A stretch of 64,000 nt of DNA from Elusimicrobia bacterium GWC2_64_44 (GCA_001799845.1 MGUG01000013.1:22597-86596); one strand, 5' to 3'. Numbered from the stretch's first letter, positions 9,077 to 18,171 are shown. The notes: generated by a model not told the origin, from the letters alone. Program-made: numbers and translations.

Positions 9077-9889
9077 TCACTCCGGGACCGCAAGGCCGCG
9101 GGCGGCGCAGAAAGCGCGCAGGTCCTCCGGCAGCGGAGCGGAGAAGACGCGGTCCAGCCCGGCTTTGCGCAGGTCTATTTCGGCGCAGTGCAGCGCCTGC
9201 CGCGGCAGCAGCAGTTTTTCCTCCAGGGCCGGCGTCCAGCCGTGGTCGAGATAAGCCAGGTAGCAGCGGTCGTCGGGCCCGTAGATCTTGTCCCCCACCA
9301 GGCTGTGTCCCAGCCATTGCGCGTGGGCCCGGATCTGGTGCATGCGGCCGGTTTCGGTGACCACGCGCGCGAGCGTAAACCCGCCTTCGACGGAAAGCGG
9401 GGTAAAGTGCGTCACCGAGGGCCGCCCGTCCGGCCTTACACCCGCCTTGAAGTACACGACGCTGCCTTCATCGTCGCCCAAAGGCTGATCCACCGTCACC
9501 GGGCCGGTCAATTCGCCGGTCATTATCGCCAGGTAGGCTTTCCCCACCCGCCGCCGCTGCATGGCGGTCTGCAGGCGGGCGGCCAGCGCCGGGGTTTTTG
9601 CGAACACCACCACGCCGCTGGTCTCGCGGTCGAGCCGGAAGACCAGGTGGGCCGCGGCCAGGCCGAAGCGCTCTTTCACCGCGCCCGCGAGGCTGGACCA
9701 GGGGCCGTCCTTGGACGGGTGACAGACAATGTCCCCCGGCTTATTCACTACTATCGCCTGGTCGTCGTGATGGATGATCCAGCTGTCCAGCTCTGCCGGA
9801 GCTATCTGGCCCACGTTCACCAGCCGCGGGCGGCGCGGCCAGGGGCAGGCCAGCCTGGGATTGAAAGCGGGAGGCGTTCTTTCGTTCAT
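9077..9889 (-). CDS. RluA-family pseudouridine synthase
   Basis: HRLDRETSG-type catalytic motif (VFRLDRETSGVVVFAKT) and MHQIRAH motif. Confidence 0.85.
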   Translation of the reverse strand: MNERTPPAFNPRLACPWPRRPRLVNVGQIAPAELDSWIIHHDDQAIVVNKPGDIVCHPSKDGPWSSLAGAVKERFGLAAAHLVFRLDRETSGVVVFAKTPALAARLQTAMQRRRVGKAYLAIMTGELTGPVTVDQPLGDDEGSVVYFKAGVRPDGRPSVTHFTPLSVEGGFTLARVVTETGRMHQIRAHAQWLGHSLVGDKIYGPDDRCYLAYLDHGWTPALEEKLLLPRQALHCAEIDLRKAGLDRVFSAPLPEDLRAFCAARGLAVPE

Positions 9890-10413
9890 ACGGCCCGCAG
9901 CTCCTTTACGTAGCGCACTTCCGCCACCGGCGCGCCGTCGGGCGAGGGCAGACGTTCGAGCGTTTTAACGGCGCCGTCCGGCCGGTAGCCGTGCTTCTCG
10001 TAAAAGGCGCGGCCGGCGGCGTTGCCCTGCAGCACCCAAAGCGAAACCTCCCGCATGCCGCGGCGCGCCGCCTCCCGCTCGCAGAACCCTATAAGCTCGC
10101 CGCCCACGCCGGAGCGTTTCAGGGCCGGCTCGGTATAAATGGCCCACAGCTCGAAATTGCCGCCGCCGGTTTTATCCTCGTCGCGCGAAGCCCCCACCGC
10201 CATGAAGCCAGCCACCGCGCCGGCGCGCTCCGCCACGAAATATTCCCCTCTGCCTTCCTCCAGTTCCTTGCGGATATTCTCCGCGCGGCGGCACACCCGC
10301 AGCTTGCCGAACAGGAAAGCGTCCGTCAGTATGCCCCTGTAAGCGCCGCGCCAGCCGGAGATATGTATCTCCGCCAGCCGCTCGGCGTCCTCGGGGAATG
10401 CTTTTCTGACCAT
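9886..10413 (-). CDS. GNAT family N-acetyltransferase
   Basis: Acetyl-CoA motif (RSGVGGELI...A) and FYEKHGY tail. ATG 10413 is 6 nt after TAAAAT (10420-10425). 4-nt overlap with the RluA gene. Confidence 0.8.
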   Translation of the reverse strand: MVRKAFPEDAERLAEIHISGWRGAYRGILTDAFLFGKLRVCRRAENIRKELEEGRGEYFVAERAGAVAGFMAVGASRDEDKTGGGNFELWAIYTEPALKRSGVGGELIGFCEREAARRGMREVSLWVLQGNAAGRAFYEKHGYRPDGAVKTLERLPSPDGAPVAEVRYVKELRAV

Positions 10414-10419
10414 AGACAG

Positions 10420-10455
10420 ATTTTATCAAACAAAACCGCCGGGGGCGCCCGGCGG
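10420..10455 (-). promoter_or_regulatory. punctuation module: hairpin + TTTTGTTTGATAAAAT
   Basis: Stem-loop 10436-10455 (loop GGCG). TAAAAT 10420-10425. 6 nt to ATG 10413. Confidence 0.65.
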
Positions 10456-10493
10456 CTTAGGGTTTGTCAAGGAAATGGGAAGCGGCGGCGGCC

Positions 10494-11009
10494 CTAGCGG
10501 CCCGCTAAGGGCATGGCCGCGGGGCGGGTAAAGACATAATCCCGGTCCTTCACCGGCTGGTGACAGGAGAAGCACTCCTTCACAAAACCGGCGTCCTGCC
10601 CGTAGGGTTTAAGTTCATTGCCCAGCCAGCGCGCGAAGCCCCAGCCGCCGGTCTCCGGGTATTTGCGCGAGTTTTTTATCATGAACTCTACCTGCACAAA
10701 AGCGCCCGGCACCGAAGCCGTGCTCCACTCTTCCATGTCCACGCGCCGCCACACCACCTTGGCCAGCACGGCCCCGTCCGGCCAGGGGTTTACGCGGCCT
10801 TCCCGCGCCGCCCTCATGGCGGCCTTGTTGCCCAGCACCGCGCGCATGGTGTCGTTGTCGGCGCGCATGGAAGCGGAGACCAGCCGCCAATCGGCGAAAT
10901 CGGCCGGCAGCTCTATGCCGTTGGGCGCCGGCGCGGGACTGGTCTTTTTAGCCATCAAAAGTCCGCCGCCGGCAAGCAGTACCGCCGCTATCAGTATCGA
11001 TCTTTTCAT
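10494..11009 (-). CDS. cytochrome P460 family protein
   Basis: Signal peptide, GGWGFARW motif and CFSCH heme site followed by DYVFT. Start trimmed to ATG 11009. Confidence 0.75.
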   Translation of the reverse strand: MKRSILIAAVLLAGGGLLMAKKTSPAPAPNGIELPADFADWRLVSASMRADNDTMRAVLGNKAAMRAAREGRVNPWPDGAVLAKVVWRRVDMEEWSTASVPGAFVQVEFMIKNSRKYPETGGWGFARWLGNELKPYGQDAGFVKECFSCHQPVKDRDYVFTRPAAMPLAGR

Positions 11010-11043
11010 ATAGCCATACCCCCCGCAGTTAACGATTCCCACT

Positions 11044-11080
11044 ATTCTACAAAAACAAAACCGCCGGGCTGTCCCGGCGG
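11044..11080 (-). promoter_or_regulatory. punctuation module: hairpin + TTTTGTTTTTGTAGAAT
   Basis: Stem-loop 11061-11080 (loop CTGT). TAGAAT 11044-11049. 34-nt leader with GGGGGG before ATG 11009. Confidence 0.6.
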
Positions 11081-11107
11081 CTTGCCGCCACCACTTCACG
11101 TAGGGGG

Positions 11108-12145
11108 TCAGGGCTGCAGGTAGTCTATGATGTAGAACATGCCGATGGTGCGGATCTCGAGGTCCATGGGCATGGAGCCGGGGATCTTGGAGAGCTCCAG
11201 CAGCTTGTCCTGCGCGCCCTTCACCACGGCCGCGTAGGAATTGTAGCTCCCGCTCTGTATGCGCTTCACCGTGCCCTTGCCGATGAACCGGATCATGAAG
11301 CGGGTCTTGGCGTCGCTGGTGAGGGAGTAGAGCACCGGCATGCCGTTGGCTTCCAGCGTGCCGGCCGTCGCCGCCGCCGTCAGGTTCACGGCGGGATTTG
11401 CCTCGGGCTCTATGGACATGTAGCTCATCTCATGGCGCGGCTCATTGTCACCGGTGAGGTAGACCGCGTAGAAGCTGAAGGCCCCGGGCGCGCCCTTGAT
11501 GCCGTACTTGAGCACGGGGAAACCGGCCTTCTTGAAGCCGGCCAGCGCCTGGTCCCTGGCCTCGTCGGCCTTGTCCTTGGCCGGGAACCCGTCGAACACG
11601 TACTTGCGCAGCTCGCCGCCCCGGTACGAGATGACGAAGCGGTAAAGGAGGCTCTCGCCGTCCTCCATGCTGTCGACGAAAGAGGAAACTATCTCAACGC
11701 CGGCGGCTTTCATATTGTTCACGTAGCTCTGCAGGTCCGCCTCGGCCTTTTCTTTGGAAGCCACGGCGTCGCTTTCGAAGACCCTGGCCTGGCCGTCGGT
11801 GCGCGATGGGCCCGCGGCTGAGAAATACTTGCTGTAGAACCTTCCCACCTCGGTTCCCGCAGGCTCTTCCACGGCCAGCAGCGCGGTCAGCTCGGCGCGA
11901 TCGGCGCCCAGCGGGTCAGGGGTCTGCCCCGCCGTGCTCGCGAGCAGCGCCTTCAGCTCGCGCATCCGCTGCAGCATGCTGGGGCCGTTATAGACGGCGG
12001 GCATGGGCAGCACCAGGCCGTCTGAAAAAGTATAGGGCGCCGCCTGCTTGGCCTCGCCCGCGCTGAGCCGCTGCAGGTCCGAGAACTCCGCCGCACCGCA
12101 CTGCAGCGCGCCGGCCAGCAGTATACATGAAAGAATTATTTTCAT
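11108..12145 (-). CDS. secreted hypothetical protein
   Basis: Signal peptide MKIILSCILLAGALQCGAA, GAGAGGAGA SD, no family recognised. Confidence 0.6.
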   Translation of the reverse strand: MKIILSCILLAGALQCGAAEFSDLQRLSAGEAKQAAPYTFSDGLVLPMPAVYNGPSMLQRMRELKALLASTAGQTPDPLGADRAELTALLAVEEPAGTEVGRFYSKYFSAAGPSRTDGQARVFESDAVASKEKAEADLQSYVNNMKAAGVEIVSSFVDSMEDGESLLYRFVISYRGGELRKYVFDGFPAKDKADEARDQALAGFKKAGFPVLKYGIKGAPGAFSFYAVYLTGDNEPRHEMSYMSIEPEANPAVNLTAAATAGTLEANGMPVLYSLTSDAKTRFMIRFIGKGTVKRIQSGSYNSYAAVVKGAQDKLLELSKIPGSMPMDLEIRTIGMFYIIDYLQP

Positions 12146-12306
12146 CCGGGTCTCCTCTCTATTTCTATCCGCCGCATATATAGTTTAGGAGATGCCAGGC
12201 GCAAAGTCTTGGGCTGAAGGGGCCGCCGGCCGGCCTCATTGGCACTAGAACGGCGCCGTGCGCGCAGGCGGGTATTTGGTCACATTAACTGTTACTACAG
12301 GCTGAT

Positions 12307-12912
12307 TTATTCTTTCCCGGCTTTACGCCGGGCCAGCCACACGGTGTGCCCGCCGCAGGCGGGGTCTTCCGCCTTGTGCAGCAGCACTTCCAGCCCCTGC
12401 CCCGCCAGCAGGCGGCGGTATTCCTCCGGGGCCAGGCTGGAATACGGGAATTCCAGGCCCTCCATGCTGCCGCTGGTATTCCCCTCGCCGGGGCCAGTCG
12501 TGAACAGCAGCAGCCCGCCGTCGGCCAGGTGCGCGCCGAACACGGGGAACATGGCCCGCTGATCGTCCATCGAAAGGTGAAAGAAGCTGTCCCAGGCCAG
12601 CACCGCGTTAAAGCGCCGCCCCAGCGCCAGGGCGCGCATGTCGGCCGCAAGCCAGGTCATGGCCGGGAAGCGTTCGCGGCACAGGGCTATCATGCCGGGC
12701 GCGCCGTCCACCCCGGTCACGCTGAACCCCTTGCGGATAAAATAGCCCGCCAGCGGCTCCCCGGAGCCGCAGCCCAGGTCCAGCACGCTGCCGCCCGCCG
12801 GCAGCCGCGCCGCCAGCGCCTCAAGGTATTCCCGTTCGGCCAGCTGCCTGCCGCGGCTGGCGTCGAACCACCCGGCTATCCTCTCGTATTTACCGCACAC
12901 GTCGTCGGCCAT
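12307..12912 (-). CDS. class I SAM-dependent methyltransferase
   Basis: Motif I VLDLGCGSGEP. ATG 12912 is 6 nt after TAGAAT (12919-12924). Confidence 0.8.
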   Translation of the reverse strand: MADDVCGKYERIAGWFDASRGRQLAEREYLEALAARLPAGGSVLDLGCGSGEPLAGYFIRKGFSVTGVDGAPGMIALCRERFPAMTWLAADMRALALGRRFNAVLAWDSFFHLSMDDQRAMFPVFGAHLADGGLLLFTTGPGEGNTSGSMEGLEFPYSSLAPEEYRRLLAGQGLEVLLHKAEDPACGGHTVWLARRKAGKE

Positions 12913-12918
12913 AGACCA

Positions 12919-12954
12919 ATTCTACAAAACAAAACCGCCGGGCTACCCCGGCGG
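12919..12954 (-). promoter_or_regulatory. punctuation module: hairpin + TTTTGTTTTGTAGAAT
   Basis: Stem-loop 12935-12954 (loop CTAC). TAGAAT 12919-12924. 6 nt to ATG 12912. Confidence 0.65.
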
Positions 12955-13005
12955 CTTTGCACGACCATTAACTAGTCATTAAGTCACCAGGGTCCCCTCA
13001 CTTAC

Positions 13006-13554
13006 TTACTTTTTCTTCTCTGCACGGATCTCGGCAACGGCGAGGGCGTCTTCTTGGGACCTGTTTTCCGCCGCGGTGAAAAGGAATACCTCGATGGTTC
13101 CCTTGGCGATGTTTTCACTGTAATCCTTAAGTTTGCGAGCGGTAAAGAATAAAGTCTGGACTCCGGCGCCACCGATATCCAACGGGGCGGTCAGCCTGAT
13201 CTCGCCGACCTCCGTCCCGATGGAGTTGACGTATACCCCTTCCGCCGCCAGCCCCTCAAGTCCGGAATCCTTCGACGTTTTGATGCGCAGGAACACCTTT
13301 TTACCTATAGGTGACCAATCGCTGTTATGAAGTTTCAAATATTTAATGAACAGCGGCCCGCCCTGTAGCAATCCGGCGACAGTCATTGCGCCGACCCCTA
13401 TGTATTCAACCGGATCCGGGATATGCATCAGAAAAGACAGCAGCCAGAATATCAATACCCCGCCCAGGAAAGAGATCCCCCCGCTTATCAAAAGCGTGGA
13501 GGCCGCTAATCCCAGAAAAGCATTCCCCCCTTTCTTCCCCGCAGGTATTCCCAT
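13006..13554 (-). CDS. membrane protein, unknown function (lower-GC gene)
   Basis: Two or three N-terminal TM helices. Markedly lower GC than the flanks (two hand-counted 60-nt lines in 13321-13920, at 45-48%). Confidence 0.55.
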   Translation of the reverse strand: MGIPAGKKGGNAFLGLAASTLLISGGISFLGGVLIFWLLSFLMHIPDPVEYIGVGAMTVAGLLQGGPLFIKYLKLHNSDWSPIGKKVFLRIKTSKDSGLEGLAAEGVYVNSIGTEVGEIRLTAPLDIGGAGVQTLFFTARKLKDYSENIAKGTIEVFLFTAAENRSQEDALAVAEIRAEKKK

Positions 13555-13592
13555 ATATAAAAAATGGCTGGTAGTATTAAGAACCGCCGGGG

Positions 13593-14339
13593 TCAGTGCA
13601 CGTCGATGCCGTCGAAATAGAGTTCCGTCAGCGCGGTGTCGGCGTGGAGCAGGCCTTTATATACTTCTACGATCTCGAACCTGAGTTCCAGCTCCTTGCC
13701 GTCGGCCCGCCGGCCAAGCGGCCCGGGCAGGCTGAAGTTCTGCAGGTCCCGCGTATCCGCCAAGTGAAGCCGCGCATACGGCGCGCCGTTCACGGACAGC
13801 AGAAGCTGTTTGACGCGCGAGTTCTCCTTCCAGGTCTTTTCACTTTTAACATAGCCGTTGTAGATAAGGACGTTCGTAAGCCGCGGGCTTTTATTTTCGA
13901 AGAAATACTCGAGGTACTGCCCCTTCCCGTATCCAGGCACGCCCTCCACCCAGGCTGCCTTCAAGCTGTTATCGTGGGCCTTCTCCGCGTCGTAACTGGT
14001 GTCGCCGGCCGGCGCAAGGAAGGAGGAGGCGGCAATTTTGCGCGGTCCGCCGCCGCAATACCAGCTGCAGCCCTGATCCATTATGTCCCAGATACTCCCT
14101 TCTTCTCCCCAGCCGTACTTATTCAGCAGGGCCAGCTCCTTTTTTGTCAGCGACTCCCTGGACGCGCCATTGGTCAGTTTTACGGCCACCTTATCCCTTT
14201 CCTTGAACTCCTCTATGGCTTTAGGGCTCAAGTCGCGGATTGCCTTGCTCTCTGGCTTCAGGTCTATGACCCCCGGGGTTTGAGAAAAAGTTGTGGCCGG
14301 CAGCAGCGTTGCGAACAAGAATACGAGCGGAAGTTTCAT
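13593..14339 (-). CDS. secreted protein with discoidin/glycan-binding-like C-terminal domain (tentative)
   Basis: Signal peptide, AAGGA SD. C-terminal pattern (AWVEGVPGYGKGQYLEYFF...LLLSVNG) resembles F5/8-type or NADase-type glycan-binding modules. Confidence 0.55.
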   Translation of the reverse strand: MKLPLVFLFATLLPATTFSQTPGVIDLKPESKAIRDLSPKAIEEFKERDKVAVKLTNGASRESLTKKELALLNKYGWGEEGSIWDIMDQGCSWYCGGGPRKIAASSFLAPAGDTSYDAEKAHDNSLKAAWVEGVPGYGKGQYLEYFFENKSPRLTNVLIYNGYVKSEKTWKENSRVKQLLLSVNGAPYARLHLADTRDLQNFSLPGPLGRRADGKELELRFEIVEVYKGLLHADTALTELYFDGIDVH

Positions 14340-14359
14340 ATTTTTTATCCTTGGGCGGA

Positions 14360-15301
14360 CTAGCCGTGGCGGTGAGGGAGGAGGGCGAGGACGCCGGCGC
14401 GGGCGACGCGGCCCTCGCGGCGCATGGCCAGCGAGGCGCGTATGATGCGCAGGTCCGCGGCCGGGTCAAGGCAGGCGCCCAGGGCGGCCACCACCGCGCC
14501 CGGCCCGCCCTTTACCATCATCGGCACCGACGGCAGGCCGATCTTATGCGCCGCGTTCACCAGCGGGTTGATGAGGGCGTTGAGGATAATGTTGCCGATC
14601 TCTATGAGGATGCCTTCCTCCACTTCCTTCACCGAGGCGGTGTCGTAGAGCGGCCCCTTTGCCCAGCAGCTGGAGATGAAATGAATGTCCTCGGCGCGGA
14701 ACGCCAGCGCGGCCGTGAGCGGAAAACCCTCGCGCACGTGCACCTGCACGGACGCGGACGCGGGGCCGAAATCGAGCAGCGGCGCTATATGCGACAGCGT
14801 GCCGGTCAGCACTTCTACATCGCACAGTTCCCAGGCCCAGTTGGAGGCCTCCGAGGTCCTGAGCATGCACAGGCTCAGGCCGCCGGCCGCCAGCTTTATG
14901 AGAGGCTCGGCCTCGGCGGGCGGCACCGGCTCCGCCTTCTCCCTGAACGGGGTGGCGACGCGCAAGGCTTTGTGTATATCCGATTCTTTGAACGGCTTGT
15001 AGATGATACCCGCGGCTCCCAGCAGCAGCAGGCGCCTGTTGATGCCGTCCTGCTCCACCGCGGTTACCATGATGACCCTGGCGGCCGGGTCCATTTTCCG
15101 GATCTCCTCCAGCACTTCTATGCCGGACTTACCGGGCATGATGATGTCGAGCAGCACCACGTCCGGGCGCAGTTCGGCGAAGGCCTTGAGGCCGGCCGCG
15201 CCGTCCTCAGCCTCGCCCACGACGGTGTGCCCCCGGTGCTCCAGAATCACCCGCAGCAGCGCGCGCACATCGGCGCTATCGTCAACGATTAAAACTTTCA
15301 T
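14360..15301 (-). CDS. CheY-like receiver fused to CheC/CheX-like domain
   Basis: N-terminal VLIVDDS...LLDIIMPG...YKPF receiver. C-terminal EIGNIILNA motif typical of CheC/CheX. Start trimmed to ATG 15301 behind GGAGAA. Confidence 0.7.
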   Translation of the reverse strand: MKVLIVDDSADVRALLRVILEHRGHTVVGEAEDGAAGLKAFAELRPDVVLLDIIMPGKSGIEVLEEIRKMDPAARVIMVTAVEQDGINRRLLLLGAAGIIYKPFKESDIHKALRVATPFREKAEPVPPAEAEPLIKLAAGGLSLCMLRTSEASNWAWELCDVEVLTGTLSHIAPLLDFGPASASVQVHVREGFPLTAALAFRAEDIHFISSCWAKGPLYDTASVKEVEEGILIEIGNIILNALINPLVNAAHKIGLPSVPMMVKGGPGAVVAALGACLDPAADLRIIRASLAMRREGRVARAGVLALLPHRHG

Positions 15302-15329
15302 TTCTCCGGCGGCCCCCCGCCTAACGGCT

Positions 15330-15345
15330 ATTCTAGCAAAACGCG
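15330..15345 (-). promoter_or_regulatory. TTTTGCTAGAAT extended -10-like box without hairpin
   Basis: TAGAAT 15330-15335, upstream of the receiver-CheX gene start at 15301. Confidence 0.45.
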
Positions 15346-15417
15346 GCGCCGGCCCTTCTTGCCGCCCGGAGAAAAAAAGGTAAAATAAACGCAAGGGTTC
15401 CCGCCGGTAGCGGGACA

Positions 15418-16068
15418 ATGGGGGACGATATGAGCAACCGCAAAGATAAACTGAGCTGCCAACTTAGGCTGATGGCGGCCTTCAAGGAATTTTCCGGCCC
15501 CGTGCCGGAAGGCCTGTTCACGAAAAAAGAATTTTTCATCGTCAGGCTGCAGGCCATAGGAGCGCTGCTAGACGAGTTCAAGCGCGAGAAGCTCCGGGAG
15601 CTTGCGGACCGGCTCGCGGCCGCGCTGACGCGCGGCAAAATGAGCACGTCGGAGCTGGACTCGTTCAGGGAGGCGCTCTCGCACCTGGTGAGCGGGCAGG
15701 ACTACAACGCCGTCTCCGGCGCTTTCGCCGGCAGCAAGGACCTGCTGCTGCAGCGCCTGTCGCGCGTGCAGCCGCTTTCGGTGGCGGAAGAGGAGAAGAA
15801 GCGCCCCGGGCAGTTCCGGGAGCCGGCGCCGGACCGGATCACCACCGCCGCCTACTCAAGGATGAATTTCGAAGGCCTGGAGAAAGAGCTGAAGGCCGGG
15901 CGCGACGAAGTAGAGGTGCTGGAAGAGGCCCGCGCCCGCGCCACTAAATTCTGCGCCGCGGACCGGATGCCGCTGGGCCTGGAGAATACCATGCCGTCCC
16001 ACATGCTGAGCTGCATAGAGGCGGCGGCCGGGGCCTGCTTCCGGCTGCTCGCTCGCATGAAGAGCTAG
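15418..16068 (+). CDS. hypothetical protein
   Basis: Coherent helical, charged ORF divergent from the receiver gene. TAAAAT at 15381-15386. Start at 15418 or 15430. Confidence 0.5.
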   Translation: MGDDMSNRKDKLSCQLRLMAAFKEFSGPVPEGLFTKKEFFIVRLQAIGALLDEFKREKLRELADRLAAALTRGKMSTSELDSFREALSHLVSGQDYNAVSGAFAGSKDLLLQRLSRVQPLSVAEEEKKRPGQFREPAPDRITTAAYSRMNFEGLEKELKAGRDEVEVLEEARARATKFCAADRMPLGLENTMPSHMLSCIEAAAGACFRLLARMKS

Positions 16069-16080
16069 CGCCGCCCCGCC

Positions 16081-16116
16081 AAAAACAAAACCGCCGGGCT
16101 GTCCCGGCGGTTTCGC
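16081..16116. terminator. module hairpin between convergent genes
   Basis: Stem-loop 16091-16110 (loop CTGT). Confidence 0.7.
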
Positions 16117-16133
16117 TTTACTTCTTGAGCCGC

Positions 16134-18029
16134 TTACTGCACGCTCACTTTGCCTTTCTTCACAAAACCCTCGGTCCAGCTGCCCGCGGCGTTCTCGGAC
16201 CGGCGCACTTTGAACCAGTCGTCCTTCTCGCCTACGATCAGCACCTTCTCGCCGGCGTTGAGTTCGGTCACCGTGCCGACGAACAGCCAGCCGGCCTTTT
16301 CCTTTATAGAGGTGCCGTCCTTGGTGATGATGGCGACCCTGTTGGGGTTGGTCCGGGCATACATCTGGCGGGACTCGCCGATCTGCCTGCCCTTTTCCAT
16401 GAACTTCACTACCAGGGCGTCCGAGTCCGGAGCGACCACGTCGAAGAGCTTGCCGATCTGCATGTTGATAACGCCCTTCGAGCGGCCGGCTACGCCGTCC
16501 GCGCGCAGGTCGGGCCGTATGACTATCTCACCGCGCTCGCTCTTTACCGTTATGGCCACGGCGTCCGACATCTGGAAACCGAAGTTGCTCACTTCGGCCC
16601 GCAGCATGACGTTCTCGCTGGCCTCGAACTTGCCGTTATTGTTCTCGTCGTAGAACGAGATGCCGAAGACCTTCATCACCGCGTTCTCGGCGTAGAACTT
16701 GTCGGCCGCGGCGATGCCGGACTGCTTGCCGGCGTCGAAAGCGCCCGGGTACACCTCGGCCGCCATCTTCTGGTAGCCGGCGTTGTAGCCGCGCTGGGTC
16801 TGCTCGGCGCAGCCCGCTTCGAAGCCTTCGCGCTGGCCGGTAGCCCGGCCGTTGCTCTGGCCCAGGGCCCGCTGGTCGGCGTATTCCCTGTTGCTGTATT
16901 CCTCGTAGAACGAGGCGTAAGCGGAGTTATAAGCCGTCCGGTAAGCGGCCTTGTAGCCCTTATCCTTGCCGTCGGCGAAGCCGGTGCGGTAGCTGATGGA
17001 GTACTGGCTGTCGTAAGCGCGCCTGTACGCCATGTTGTATCTTTCGTTGTAGCCTTCGCGCTTGGCGTCGTCGTAGGCCCGGCGGTAGCTGCGCTGATAG
17101 CCTTCCCTGTAGCCTCTCTCGTAGGCCTGCCGCTCTTCGGGGGTGGCGTAGCCGTTGCGGGCCATCTCTATAGGAAGGTCCAGCTTGGAGCCCTTCGACC
17201 GCGCGCCCGCCATGGGCTGCATGGCGACGGAAAGGTTCTGAAGCTCAATCTCGCGCTGGCTGAAGCCCGCCTGGTAGCCGGCCTTCTGGCCGCTGGCGGC
17301 TTCCATCACCGCGGCGTCGGACTGCCCCTTGGCGTAGCCGTTGCTGTAGGAAGCGGCGTCCTGCTGGCCTAACTGTTTAGACTCGGCATAAGCGTAGTTA
17401 TAACCGTTGGTATAGCCCGCGTCGTAGCAGCGGCGTTTGCCGGCTTCGGTACCGTTATTGATGCCGGCGTTCTGACCGTCGGCATTGCCCTGCTGGGTGC
17501 CGGCGGACTGATCGACGCCATAGCCGTCCCTGTAGCCCGCGGCGCGGCCGGCGGTGTCGCCTTCGTTGGTGCCGTTCCTGCGGCCTTCCCTTTCGCCGTC
17601 GTTGATGCCTTCGGCGTAACCTTCGCGGCGGCCTTCCCTGACGCCCTTGTCGGAACCGTCCCGCATGCCGGCGTTATAAGCGTGGGTGGTGTCCACCGGC
17701 GGCTTGGGCGGCTGCGGAGGCTGCGGGGGCTGCGGAGGCTGCGGCGGATGACCGGGATTACCGCCGGGGGGCGGCGGCTTGGGCGGCTGGCCGGGGTGAC
17801 CGGGATTGCCGCCGGGGAGCGGCGGCTTGGGCGGCTGACCGGGATGGCCGGGCTGGCCAGGTTGAAAACCGGGTTTAACCTGAAGGTCTTTCTGCTCTTG
17901 TGTGATTTGGTTAACGCCGTCGCTGACATCCGACAGCTGCTTGACGGAACCGTCGCTTGCCGCGAAGATCACGCTGGAGGCTAACAGAAGAGAAGGGAAC
18001 ACCGACGCTGCACAGAATTTCTTTTTCAT
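16134..18029 (-). CDS. secreted repeat protein with Pro-rich linker, Tyr-periodic repeat region and C-terminal SH3b-like domain
   Basis: Signal peptide, PGHPGQPPKPP repeats, (xxxY)n tract, C-terminal GEKVLIVGEKDDWFKV SH3-like pattern. AAGGGG SD, TACAAT box near 18078. Confidence 0.75.
   Translation of the reverse strand: MKKKFCAASVFPSLLLASSVIFAASDGSVKQLSDVSDGVNQITQEQKDLQVKPGFQPGQPGHPGQPPKPPLPGGNPGHPGQPPKPPPPGGNPGHPPQPPQPPQPPQPPKPPVDTTHAYNAGMRDGSDKGVREGRREGYAEGINDGEREGRRNGTNEGDTAGRAAGYRDGYGVDQSAGTQQGNADGQNAGINNGTEAGKRRCYDAGYTNGYNYAYAESKQLGQQDAASYSNGYAKGQSDAAVMEAASGQKAGYQAGFSQREIELQNLSVAMQPMAGARSKGSKLDLPIEMARNGYATPEERQAYERGYREGYQRSYRRAYDDAKREGYNERYNMAYRRAYDSQYSISYRTGFADGKDKGYKAAYRTAYNSAYASFYEEYSNREYADQRALGQSNGRATGQREGFEAGCAEQTQRGYNAGYQKMAAEVYPGAFDAGKQSGIAAADKFYAENAVMKVFGISFYDENNNGKFEASENVMLRAEVSNFGFQMSDAVAITVKSERGEIVIRPDLRADGVAGRSKGVINMQIGKLFDVVAPDSDALVVKFMEKGRQIGESRQMYARTNPNRVAIITKDGTSIKEKAGWLFVGTVTELNAGEKVLIVGEKDDWFKVRRSENAAGSWTEGFVKKGKVSVQ
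17700..17870. repeat. intragenic tandem repeats (9-nt GGCTGCGGR units and ~48-nt units)
   Basis: Encode the PPQ and GGNPGHPGQPPKPPxP repeats of the 16134-18029 protein. Units start near 17749 and 17797. Confidence 0.8.
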
Positions 18030-18162
18030 TAACGCACCCCTTGGCCCCGTATCCCGGAGCGTAGACTGGATAAGATATTGTAGCTAACGCGCCTCTGCCG
18101 GCAAAGAGCACAAAGGCCCTGCCGTTCATAGGCCCTTTGTCCCCGGTTAACCCGGCCCAAAT

Positions 18163-18171
18163 TGCTAAAAT
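18163..18171 (+). promoter_or_regulatory. extended -10 box TGCTAAAAT
   Basis: 7 nt before ATG 18179 of the MATE gene. Confidence 0.5.

Noticed and set aside
12920-12975. Recurrent peptides in the ORF track (..QNKTAGLPRR[LF].. on plus, MFCRI.. or ..PAVLF.. on minus) that look like a conserved protein family.
   Set aside because: They are simply translations through the repeated hairpin/T-tract module, and the MFCRI 'starts' are TTG codons inside TTTTGTTTTGTAGAAT. The positions are always intergenic, so this is not a gene family.
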